Below are positions 55,031 through 64,000 of a stretch of 64,000 nt of DNA, piece after piece (the stretch's first letter is position 1; each line of letters starts with the position of its first letter). The position numbers were made by a program, and so were the translations under genes. The notes beneath the pieces are model-generated. The model made no database searches. It saw only the letters and a program-made list of their open reading frames with translations, and was not told the origin of the DNA. This stretch comes from a bacterium (GTDB lineage: Bacteria > SM23-31): assembly GCA_965249485.1 (NCBI GenBank), contig OZ252239.1, positions 704,001 to 768,000 of the forward strand. The letters run 5' to 3'.

Positions 55031-55129
55031 TGAGAATCAATGCGCTGAAGCGCAAATATAACAGGCAGATTTCAAATTTTATTATTTGAAAAATAAAACT
55101 AATTTCAACGAATATTATTGGAGAAAAAT

Positions 55130-56431
55130 ATGCTCACCAAATGCATTGTACTTGCATTCATCACAGTACCTCTACTGCTTACCGCATGTTCACAGCAGTC
55201 AGGTGTCGAATCGATGTCGGAAGAAGAAATAAATGCTTTAGCCCAGGGTATTCATGAACGGGCGCTCACTATTGATACCCACGATGATATCCCCCTCAAC
55301 TTTGCAACCGCAGAAGTTGATCCAGCCGATCCGGAGAGCGACTGGCAGGTCACGCTTCCGAAAATGCGTGACGGTGGGCTTGATGCCGGCTTTTTTATCG
55401 TCTATGTCGGACAGGGTGAGCGGACACCAAAAGCATATCAGGATGCATTTAATGAAGCAATTAAGAAATTTGATGCTATACACCGCATGACGGAAGAGAT
55501 GTATCCCGATCTAATAGAACTTGCCTACTCTCCCGAAGATGTCCGAAGAATTCATTCGGAGGGGAAACTTGTTGCAGCCATCGGCATCGAAAACGGCTAT
55601 CCGATTGGCAAAGACCTATCAAGGCTTGAGGAATTTTATAACAGGGGTGGCCGGTACATCACGATTTCACATTTTGGCCATAACCAGATATGTGATTCTT
55701 CCGTTCCGAAAAGCGATGAACCGCTCTCGGAACACGATGGTGTGAGCGAATTCGGCGAGCAGGTCATCGCAGAGATGAACAGACTCGGTATCATGGTCGA
55801 TGTGTCACACGTTTCGAAAACATCGATGCTTGATGCGGTGGAGCTTTCAAAAGCGCCCGTTATATTTTCCCATTCCGGCGTAGCGGCGCTCAACGAACAT
55901 CCCCGAAATGCCGATGACGAAATGCTCCTTGCCCTCAGGGAAAACGGTGGTGTTATCCAGTGTGTTGCGCTGGGAGAATTTGTCAAAACACCGGAAGGGA
56001 CACCCGAATTTCAGGAAGGACTCCGTGCGTTCCGTGCCGAATACGGTATAACAGCAACCGATAATTTCGGAATCATCCGTCAGCTGACCCAGCAGCCGGA
56101 AGACCGCCAGACGGAGTATATGGAGAAAATAGGAGGGCTCAATAAAAAGTATGGTGTTCCCGACATTAACGTTGCCGATTTTGTCGACCATATCGACCAT
56201 GCAGTCAACCTCATCGGCATCGACCATGTCGGTATCAGTTCCGATTTTGACGGTGGTGGCGGTGTTACGGGTTGGAACGACGCATCGGAAACGTTCAACG
56301 TCACGCTCGAACTCGTCCGTCGCGGCTACAGTGAAGAAGCAATAAAAAAACTCTGGGGCGAAAATACTCTCCGTGTCTGGAGCGAGGTCGAACGCATAGC
56401 ACAGGAAATTCAACTGAGTATGGATGAGTAA
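55130..56431 (+). CDS. M19 membrane dipeptidase lipoprotein (tandem paralog)
   Basis: Lipobox LTAC; DTHDD, IENG, DVSH and SSDFDG; ATG 55130 after GGAG. Confidence 0.93.
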   Translation: MLTKCIVLAFITVPLLLTACSQQSGVESMSEEEINALAQGIHERALTIDTHDDIPLNFATAEVDPADPESDWQVTLPKMRDGGLDAGFFIVYVGQGERTPKAYQDAFNEAIKKFDAIHRMTEEMYPDLIELAYSPEDVRRIHSEGKLVAAIGIENGYPIGKDLSRLEEFYNRGGRYITISHFGHNQICDSSVPKSDEPLSEHDGVSEFGEQVIAEMNRLGIMVDVSHVSKTSMLDAVELSKAPVIFSHSGVAALNEHPRNADDEMLLALRENGGVIQCVALGEFVKTPEGTPEFQEGLRAFRAEYGITATDNFGIIRQLTQQPEDRQTEYMEKIGGLNKKYGVPDINVADFVDHIDHAVNLIGIDHVGISSDFDGGGGVTGWNDASETFNVTLELVRRGYSEEAIKKLWGENTLRVWSEVERIAQEIQLSMDE

Positions 56432-56669
56432 TAGTTTTATCAGGAAGAAGTCTCAACCTTAATATGAATATGATAAAATTCATATTGTTGATGAGAATAC
56501 TACTAATTTAGGAAGCAGACAATGTTGTATTATTCAGTCTGTCAATGTGAAAAAAGCCTTTATCGGAGTAAAATCTAAAAGAGAGAAAACACCAACAATC
56601 TATGGATAGAAATTTCTACAAGAGAAATTCTCGGACGCCAGACTCAAGTAGTAAATTGTTGCTCAATAA

Positions 56670-57650
56670 TCACGGTTCCCTTACCGCAATCAATTCTTTT
56701 TCTACGAGCCACGTTGTTCCGATTCGGGTCAACTCCTGATGGAGCTGCTCCTTCCATCCCTGCACATGGTCGGTATCGAGCCAGATAATATCTTTCGGTT
56801 CCCCGGCGGTGTCATACAGCTGCTCAACCGAATCCAGCGGTAGCATTTCGTCATCCGAACCATTCACCATCAAAAAATGTCTTGGTGTAATCCGGTCCAC
56901 ATATCGGAGAGGTTCGACCGGATAAAGAAGCAATTGAGCAAGATAACCCGCAGGTTTCCGGAGCAAATTAGGGCCAATGTCCTGATATTCGAGATTATGT
57001 GTGATAAGTGATCCAATATTACCAGCCGTAAAAAAAGACATAACGCCTTTGATTCGTGTATCGAGCGCTCCGCCGATTATCGCAAAAAAACCGCCGAAAC
57101 TGACACCGGCGGTGAAAATCTCATCGCTCTTCACTTCCGGGATCCAGGTCAAATACTCAACCATCGTCAACACGCCCCCAACAGATGCCATTACTGCTCG
57201 TCTGATATTGGGAAGCTCGTTCAGAAACTCCACTATGGGTACTTTTTTTGTTTTCCCCTCATATGGGTAATCCATTGTCATAAATACAATATTTTTTGTC
57301 AAATCGGTCCTGCCGACAAGAAATATCGCTTCCCTGCCGGTATTAAGTCCACCAACAAGGATGACTGCTGGAGACGGCTTCCGGTCAACAGGAATCCGAA
57401 GATAACACCTGAGTGCTGGCAGAGTTTTGCTCCGGATGAGGACACTGTACACGTAACCGAATTCATCATATCCGATCTGATCAACCTGAGAGGATTCAAT
57501 AGGAGAATAAAAGGAATAAAGGTAATTTGTGTGGTCTTGGGTGTTGAAATAACCGACCGCAAGGATTAGCAAAAAAATCAAAATAATACCGATACAGATA
57601 GCGGTCAGAATTATTTTCGGGAATGACAGTATTTTTCCACGAGGTATCAC
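56670..57650 (-). CDS. Membrane-anchored alpha/beta hydrolase
   Basis: N-terminal TM, GVSFGG nucleophile elbow, downstream Asp (GSDDEM) and His (TDHV). Confidence 0.85.
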   Translation of the reverse strand: MIPRGKILSFPKIILTAICIGIILIFLLILAVGYFNTQDHTNYLYSFYSPIESSQVDQIGYDEFGYVYSVLIRSKTLPALRCYLRIPVDRKPSPAVILVGGLNTGREAIFLVGRTDLTKNIVFMTMDYPYEGKTKKVPIVEFLNELPNIRRAVMASVGGVLTMVEYLTWIPEVKSDEIFTAGVSFGGFFAIIGGALDTRIKGVMSFFTAGNIGSLITHNLEYQDIGPNLLRKPAGYLAQLLLYPVEPLRYVDRITPRHFLMVNGSDDEMLPLDSVEQLYDTAGEPKDIIWLDTDHVQGWKEQLHQELTRIGTTWLVEKELIAVREP

Positions 57651-58594
57651 TGGGATGATATAGTAATTGTTGTTCCAACTGTTATTGGAAATCCAAACAT
57701 GCCTGAAACCAGTCCGGAATCACCGAGAGACATTTCTCCTGATAGATTCTGCGTAATGGTTCCGCTTTGCACCCAACCGGTAATGGTATCGACAGTAAAA
57801 TGTCCGGAATGGGTCCCGTTCATCGATACATTCATCAAAACGCCGGCACCACCAGGTAGTTGTGCTCCCGGCACGGATTGCATACTTCCATTGACCGCAA
57901 TCCGGCTTTTACTGTTTGTACGCGATTGAAGCGTATAAGTAGTATTCATTTCAAGCGAATAACCCTGTGAAAACCGGTTTGTCCTGTTCCATGAATCGCC
58001 GGCAGCAACCGGCTTATCTGGATAAATATAGAACATATATTCCATCATCTCTTGAAAAACTCTGTCATTGAGATAAGACTCATAAAGATGTGCATGCTCG
58101 GGATTTATTGTCCTCAAAGCCGATGTGATTATCTCTTTCAAGCCCAGGATCTCAACAATTCGTCCGCTTGAAGCTATTATCATTGTGTACGGTTTCCTGA
58201 TAATCGCATTTAACAGTGGAGCAATCGGACCGTCTGCATTAGATTGTATTGCCGAATCATATGAGATATCCTGTGCTATGCCCTGAAGGCCATCGACATG
58301 AGTGTTGAGTTGAATCCGTTTATACGTTGCCCGAACTGTTGCCCTGCCATTTCTGTCAACCATTTCAACACTAAACTCATGATGCATAACAAGTGTATGA
58401 TTGAAATCGAGATCCATACCGATCATGGATGTTTTGGTATTCGATTCGAATTGTACCACCATCCTATGCAAATCGTCGGCTTTCAAATTAAGCCGAAGAT
58501 ATCTGCTCTCTTGCTGGCCGAATACGGAATTCAAAGGCAATAAGAGCAAATATAATCCGGTTATAGTTACTTTTTCTAAAAGATTTCGATACAT
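57647..58594 (-). CDS. Exported beta-rich protein, DUF6263-like
   Basis: Signal peptide; SYDS, YPDKPVAAGDSW and terminal beta strands; family call from memory. Confidence 0.65.
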   Translation of the reverse strand: MYRNLLEKVTITGLYLLLLPLNSVFGQQESRYLRLNLKADDLHRMVVQFESNTKTSMIGMDLDFNHTLVMHHEFSVEMVDRNGRATVRATYKRIQLNTHVDGLQGIAQDISYDSAIQSNADGPIAPLLNAIIRKPYTMIIASSGRIVEILGLKEIITSALRTINPEHAHLYESYLNDRVFQEMMEYMFYIYPDKPVAAGDSWNRTNRFSQGYSLEMNTTYTLQSRTNSKSRIAVNGSMQSVPGAQLPGGAGVLMNVSMNGTHSGHFTVDTITGWVQSGTITQNLSGEMSLGDSGLVSGMFGFPITVGTTITISSQ

Positions 58595-58759
58595 TTCGTC
58601 AGACTTTAGCTGTGTTAATTAATATATTTTCTTTTTATTTCAGTTGAGTGTTTTGCGCTTAGACTGATCTTCGAAACTGAAACTGCTGCACAGATCTTGA
58701 ATTTATGAGAAGATGCTGGTCTGAGCGAATACACCCTGAATTTTCAAAATGGAGAAAAG

Positions 58760-60697
58760 CTATTGGTTTTCTTCCGGGCTGCCGAGCCGGATATCCTTCT
58801 TTATTACTCCTCCGCGTGTGGATGAATAGCGGAGCGTTGCCATTACCGGCAAATCACTATTCAGCTTCACCCGAAACGTGACCTTCTTTTTTTCACCGCC
58901 TTCAAGTCTGTCAATATCGATAAAAGGTTCTTCCGGCTCAACCATTTCAAATGTCTTTTCGGTTTCTTTTTTGTTGCCGGACTCAGAATCTTCTGAAGAA
59001 TCCTTACCGTTTTCTTTCGGGAAATCGAGATAGATCATATCAGGTCTCACGATCTTGACAAGCTGTGCCTGTTTGAGCGCAGTTGGCAGATAGCCTCTGT
59101 TTTCAACCTCAATCTCAATCGTATATTCACGGTTTTTATGTTCTTTTATTTTCGGCTCGTGCATCACCACATCCGGCATGTGACTTGCAAGCATCAGATT
59201 GAACCGTGCTTCCTTTTCGGCCCAGAGTTCCAGCAGCTCAGGGGGTCCGTTTTGACGCCAGAATTTCGGATTCCATCCGCCCACCTCCACTTCACCATAT
59301 TGGGGATGGGGTACCCATGTCCAATCCTGAAACCGTGACTTTGTCAACTCAGTTTCATTGTAAATTAGCTTATCAATCTCTTCATTTTCCTCGCCGTTAC
59401 CATTTAGGTCACCGACCCAGCCGCCATTCCAGAGCTCGTCACCGTACCAGATAGAACCGTAATACCAGTAACCAAAATCGGGACCGTGTCCGAATAATGG
59501 GATTCCGAGACTTTCACGTCCACGTGTGTTGCGGTAATCGAAATAAACATCACCTGCCCATGAATATCCTGAAATCTCCATCCCCTTCTTGTCGAAATAG
59601 CGGAGCAAATCGAGGTCTTCAGGATACATACGTTCCTCACTTTTTGATGTGGATGGACCGCGTAAGTGCATCGGTACAGTTGTATCCATCGAATTGACAA
59701 CTCCAATATTCGGATGCTCAAGGAGAAAAATAATCAGCGATCGGGTCTCACTCTCCGAAAGAGGATATTCACCTGCGCCGACCTGTGTCCATCCCCGATC
59801 AGTCCGATCCCTGCCCGGCATAGGGCGCCAGTTTTCCGGATAATTTCTATGGAGATCGAGTCCGCCTATCCCGTCTTCATTGAATTCACCATCCCCATCA
59901 TTATCAATTCCTTCAGACAGAACAAGATAATCACCCTGCTCATCCGATTCCTCATCAATTTCACGCATAATTCTACCGTGTACATCTGTCGTATCGATCA
60001 CATGCGTTCCCTCTCCGAGTGGAACCTTGACTCGCATACTCCGGGAAAATCCATCCCCGTCAAGGTCTTCGAGCGGATCTTCATCGAGCAGCCCGTCATC
60101 GTCATTGTCATAAGGACGGACAGTACTCCGAAGGGTTTGGATCGTATTAAAATAGAGAAGACTCCCGTCCGGATTGTTTTTCGGTCGGAAATAAAATGCA
60201 TAACGGTCAATAAGCCGGGTGATTTCGGGATCATTCCCATACTCTGTGAGCATATGATTCATCATCCAGAATACCGATTCTCCAGCCGTTACTTCACCGG
60301 CATGGCGATTTGCATCGATCAGCATCGCAGGCTTATCTGTGTCCGCGCCGGTTGCTTTATTTGTAATTGTAATCTGGTAAATATCTCTTCCTTCAAAACT
60401 GATTCCACCGACATACAACTCAAATATATCTGGATACTCCTGCTCCCACCGTTTGAACCACTCAACCATTTCATCATACGGATGATAATGCTGGAAGTCC
60501 CATTCGCCGTCTTTGAGCGGTTTTGTCTCCTCAAAACTCACTTTCTTGAAATAATTTTTTCCATGTCGAAACCCTTTAAGTTTCCAGAATGTTTCATTAG
60601 GGACACTATTTTTCTGAGATTGGGCATGTACGTTCAATGAGTTGAACATAATGATCATTCCTAAAAAAACAGTAAGGTTCACTAATCTGTTATACAT
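58760..60697 (-). CDS. M14 family zinc carboxypeptidase-like exported protein
   Basis: ISFEGRD, NRHAGE (HxxE), NPDG, DLHRNYP and YPLSESET; DxDxDG inserts. Confidence 0.88.
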   Translation of the reverse strand: MYNRLVNLTVFLGMIIMFNSLNVHAQSQKNSVPNETFWKLKGFRHGKNYFKKVSFEETKPLKDGEWDFQHYHPYDEMVEWFKRWEQEYPDIFELYVGGISFEGRDIYQITITNKATGADTDKPAMLIDANRHAGEVTAGESVFWMMNHMLTEYGNDPEITRLIDRYAFYFRPKNNPDGSLLYFNTIQTLRSTVRPYDNDDDGLLDEDPLEDLDGDGFSRSMRVKVPLGEGTHVIDTTDVHGRIMREIDEESDEQGDYLVLSEGIDNDGDGEFNEDGIGGLDLHRNYPENWRPMPGRDRTDRGWTQVGAGEYPLSESETRSLIIFLLEHPNIGVVNSMDTTVPMHLRGPSTSKSEERMYPEDLDLLRYFDKKGMEISGYSWAGDVYFDYRNTRGRESLGIPLFGHGPDFGYWYYGSIWYGDELWNGGWVGDLNGNGEENEEIDKLIYNETELTKSRFQDWTWVPHPQYGEVEVGGWNPKFWRQNGPPELLELWAEKEARFNLMLASHMPDVVMHEPKIKEHKNREYTIEIEVENRGYLPTALKQAQLVKIVRPDMIYLDFPKENGKDSSEDSESGNKKETEKTFEMVEPEEPFIDIDRLEGGEKKKVTFRVKLNSDLPVMATLRYSSTRGGVIKKDIRLGSPEENQ

Positions 60698-60931
60698 AGT
60701 TGGGTCCTTTCAATGAACTGTGAAGACATTCTTTTTACACAACAAAATCATGCGAAATGAAAGAGTAGATTTGAATCAATAATGCAGCTGTCCTGCTGAA
60801 ACCAACAGCTATTTGCATTTTAATAGAATGTGATGTATATTTATTGCTGGTTTTGCTATTTACAAAATGAAGAAATGAAAACGTAGTATAAAAAAACAAC
60901 GACATAAAATCAATCTATATATTATGCGAAA

Positions 60932-63136
60932 GTGAACAAGCGGAATAATCCAATACCGACAATGAGTACATTTGAATACTACATTCAAGGAATGGACTGT
61001 AACGAAGAAGTTACAGCCCTTAAAAAAGAGCTTGTACCGCTTCTGGGGAGCGAATCGAATCTCGCGTTCGATCTAATGAAGGCGAAATTAACTATTACCG
61101 CTCCGGAAAATTCACCGGTCAATCATACAACAATACGGGATTCAATCAAGCAGACGGGTATGACCGCTATCACCTGGAGCGATCATATTGCGAAGAACAA
61201 TAATAAAGAGGGATTCTGGGCAAAACACGGCAGGACGGTAATGTGTTACATGAGCGGTGTTTTCATGATAGCAGGATTTACTGTTCATGCCAATTTGCAT
61301 GGATTTTTTGATGCATTATCATCCGGATCTGATGGTGTTCATGCCTATCCTGCTACCTCAATGCTCTGTTATTTTGGTGCAATCATTACAGGAATCTGGT
61401 TCATTGCACCGAAAGCCTTTCTCTCTACAAGGAAAATGCGGCCTGATATGAGTCTTCTCATGACCGTTGCGGTAATCGGAGCGCTCATACTCGGAGAATA
61501 TTTCGAGGCGTCGGCAGTCACGTTTTTATTTGCACTTTCACTGCTGCTCGAATCGTGGAGCATCGGGCGTGCACGACGTGCAATCGGTGCACTTGTCGAT
61601 CAGTCACCGGCAACGGCCAGATATAGTCCGGAGGGAGAAGAGGATATTTTGGAATCACCGGTTGAGGATATTCCCGTAGGATCTACCATATATGTCCGGC
61701 CAGGGGACAAGATTCCTCTTGACGGTGTCATTTTGAAAGGGGCAACAGCAGTTGATCAGGCGCCGATTACCGGAGAATCGATTCCGGTCGAAAAAACAGA
61801 TGGTGACGAGGTGTTTGCAGGAACGATAAACGGTGATGGCGCATTCGAGATGAAATCAACGAAACCTGCTCAGGACACAACCCTGTCACGTATTGTCCGT
61901 ATGGTGGATGAAGCCCGGTCTCGCAAGGCTCCGAGTGAGCAGTGGATCGAAAAATTTGCCCGTTACTATACACCGGTAATGATGATACTTGCAGTGACAA
62001 TTGCCCTGCTGCCGCCGGTTTTCAGCGGAGGAGAGTGGAGTGGATGGTTTTATCAGGCGCTTGTAATCCTTGTTATAGCATGTCCATGTGCGCTGGTGAT
62101 ATCGACACCGGTCAGCATAGTTGCTGCATTAACTGCAGCAGCGCGCGCTGGCGTCCTTATAAAAGGGGGAGTATATCTGGAAAAATCAGCAGGATTACAA
62201 ACAGTGGTATTCGACAAAACAGGGACTTTGACGCATGGCAGACCGTCTGTCCGGGACATCATTCCGATGGATGACCACTCTGAAGAAGATCTCTTGCGGT
62301 GTGCAGCCGCACTCGAAATTCATAGCACCCATCCGATTGCCAGAGCAATAATCAGAGAAGCGGAATCAGCAGGTATCGGTGTTGCGCAAGCTGATGAATT
62401 TACCCTCATTCAAGGCAAGGGCGCCGAAGGTAGAATCAATGGTAAAAAATACTGGATCGGTAGTCACCGATTTATGCACGAAAAAGGGACAGAACCTGAA
62501 GAATTTCACATAAAGGCTGAAGAGTTGGAAGAGCAGGGTAAGTCTGTTGTTGCAATGGGTACTGGCGACCATGTGTGTGGACTGATTAGTCTAGCGGATG
62601 AGGTGAGAGATACTTCACGATCTACGATTGAAGCAATTAAAGCACTTGGAGTAGAGCAGGTCGTCATGTTGACCGGAGATAATCAAGGAACAGCCCAGAC
62701 CGTTGCACATTTACTCGGTGTTGAAGAATTTGAATCTGACCTCCTTCCTGAAGACAAGGTCAGGATCGTTGAAACGCTGGTAAAGCAGCACGGTGAGGTT
62801 GCCATGGTTGGAGACGGTGTTAATGATGCTCCGGCATTAGCAACATCATCGCTCGGTATTGCCATGGGTGCCGCAGGTACCGATGCGGCAATTGAGACGG
62901 CAGACATATCACTCATGTCGGATGACATAACGAAAATCCCCTGGCTCATCGGCTACTCGCGGCGGACGCTCAGTATCATCAAACAAAATATAATTTTTTC
63001 TCTTGGTCTGAAACTGTTGTTTATCATTCTTGCTTTTGCCGGACTGGCAACACTCTGGATGGCAATTGCCGCCGATATGGGCGCCACTTTTGTCGTTATC
63101 TTCAACGGCCTCCGCCTCCTAAACGGAAAATCGTAG
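60932..63136 (+). CDS. Heavy-metal P1B-type ATPase (Zn/Cd/Pb type)
   Basis: HMA domain GMDCNEE, TGES, CPC, DKTGT, HP, GDGVNDAP and ADMG; true start probably ATG 60962. Confidence 0.95.
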   Translation: MNKRNNPIPTMSTFEYYIQGMDCNEEVTALKKELVPLLGSESNLAFDLMKAKLTITAPENSPVNHTTIRDSIKQTGMTAITWSDHIAKNNNKEGFWAKHGRTVMCYMSGVFMIAGFTVHANLHGFFDALSSGSDGVHAYPATSMLCYFGAIITGIWFIAPKAFLSTRKMRPDMSLLMTVAVIGALILGEYFEASAVTFLFALSLLLESWSIGRARRAIGALVDQSPATARYSPEGEEDILESPVEDIPVGSTIYVRPGDKIPLDGVILKGATAVDQAPITGESIPVEKTDGDEVFAGTINGDGAFEMKSTKPAQDTTLSRIVRMVDEARSRKAPSEQWIEKFARYYTPVMMILAVTIALLPPVFSGGEWSGWFYQALVILVIACPCALVISTPVSIVAALTAAARAGVLIKGGVYLEKSAGLQTVVFDKTGTLTHGRPSVRDIIPMDDHSEEDLLRCAAALEIHSTHPIARAIIREAESAGIGVAQADEFTLIQGKGAEGRINGKKYWIGSHRFMHEKGTEPEEFHIKAEELEEQGKSVVAMGTGDHVCGLISLADEVRDTSRSTIEAIKALGVEQVVMLTGDNQGTAQTVAHLLGVEEFESDLLPEDKVRIVETLVKQHGEVAMVGDGVNDAPALATSSLGIAMGAAGTDAAIETADISLMSDDITKIPWLIGYSRRTLSIIKQNIIFSLGLKLLFIILAFAGLATLWMAIAADMGATFVVIFNGLRLLNGKS

Positions 63137-63278
63137 TATGTAGTGTGGGTATATTAGCGGATTCATTAGAATAATTTGATAGATTAAAACCGGAAATGGG
63201 TCGACTTCGTTCCACCAAAATAGAGTGGAACATTACTCACATGACATTCCATACCATTACAGAGATTAGAATCTTCAC

Positions 63279-63313
63279 ATCATTGCGATGAGTCTAGCGA
63301 CGTGGCAATCTCT
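63279..63313 (+). repeat. REP-like unit, with a possible degenerate opposite-orientation partner at about 63200-63246
   Basis: ATCATTGCGATGAGTCTAGCGACGTGGCAATCTC. Confidence 0.6.
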
Positions 63314-63533
63314 GAATTTTAATCCGATAATCGTAAGATTGGTAAAAAAATCTTCCCACATATTGTTATTTATATTAAAAAAAGAACAAAATGTAATTTA
63401 TAGTTGTTATATAACGAAAACGTTTTTAGTAATCGCATCATCCTATTTAATCTGATTTAGGTTTATCAGTCCGGGCAATCCGGAAACCGGATCACCATTT
63501 CTAAACACTCAGTCACAATACGAGGAGGAATAG

Positions 63534-64000
63534 ATGACTGTCACAAGAACAGTTTTAATACTTTGTATGCTTTGTCTCACTGCAGCTCCATCATTTGCAC
63601 AGAACGAGTTTGATGATGTTGAGATAACAACTACTCATATAGCAGGTCCGATTTATATGCTTCAGGGTCAGGGAGGCAATATTGGTGTTACTGCCGGCAC
63701 GGACGGAATACTGATCATTGACGACCAGTTTGCTCCCCTGGCCGATAAAATTATCAATGCTCTTGAGGATTTGAACAGCGGAGAATTGCAGTTCATACTC
63801 AATACCCATTACCACGGTGACCATACCGGCGGTAATGAGATTCTCGGAAAATCGGCTCCGATTATTTCACATACCAACACACGGAAACGGCTGCTCGACA
63901 ATCCAAAAGAAGCCTTGCCGGTCATAACATTTGATGATGAAGCCTCAGTCCATTTTAATGGTGAAGAGATTAAAACTATCCACATTCCCAACAGCCATAC
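63534..64000 (+). CDS. Exported MBL-fold metallo-hydrolase, truncated by the window end and absent from the ORF track
   Basis: GAGGAGG SD; translated by hand as MTVTRTVLILCMLCLTAAPSFAQ...GGNIG...IDDQFAPL...NTHYHGDHTGGN. Confidence 0.9.
   Translation, partial: MTVTRTVLILCMLCLTAAPSFAQNEFDDVEITTTHIAGPIYMLQGQGGNIGVTAGTDGILIIDDQFAPLADKIINALEDLNSGELQFILNTHYHGDHTGGNEILGKSAPIISHTNTRKRLLDNPKEALPVITFDDEASVHFNGEEIKTIHIPNSH

Noticed and set aside
63471..63496. GGGCAA-TCCGG-AAA-CCGGAT resembling the start of a c-di-GMP-I riboswitch
   Set aside because: The GACGCAAAG junction and second stem are missing; it is only a short hairpin

Overview
Mostly core chromosome of a diderm bacterium. The 16S signature AGTAAGGAATATTG and the gene style suggest an FCB-group or candidate lineage such as KSB1, but this is unverified inference. 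From left to right the window holds: EamA, MOSC, an hgcC-like AbrB gene plus arsM, rmuC, a HAD hydrolase, a TRAP/aldo-keto reductase/isomerase cluster with no dctQ, two sigma54-driven Hsp20 genes, a complete rRNA operon (16S, tRNA-Ile, tRNA-Ala, 23S, 5S), a beta-CASP nuclease, an aromatic amino acid decarboxylase, plsX, rpmA-rplU-rne/rng, TPR and Omp85 proteins, tig-clpP-clpX-engB, a surface polysaccharide locus, a run of exported peptidases (M28, M16 pair, two M19, M14) with nhaC, a P1B ATPase and a truncated MBL-fold gene. No transposase, integrase, prophage or CRISPR array was seen. The most interesting signals are non-coding. (1) An unannotated ~245-nt minus-strand transcript at about 21020-21267 has a sigma54 promoter, a terminator and about 7 UGAUUCYUG-like repeats closed by a long-range stem, making it a candidate protein-sponge sRNA. 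(2) A second candidate sigma54 sRNA lies at about 48220-48320. (3) A perfect 18-bp palindrome covers the start site of the hgcC-arsM promoter, which suggests HgcC may act as an ArsR-independent arsenic regulator. (4) An IVS-like insertion sits in 23S helix 45. (5) A dispersed REP-like repeat family has one copy in the 23S-5S spacer. (6) Two glycosyltransferases switch base composition at their conserved donor-binding motif.
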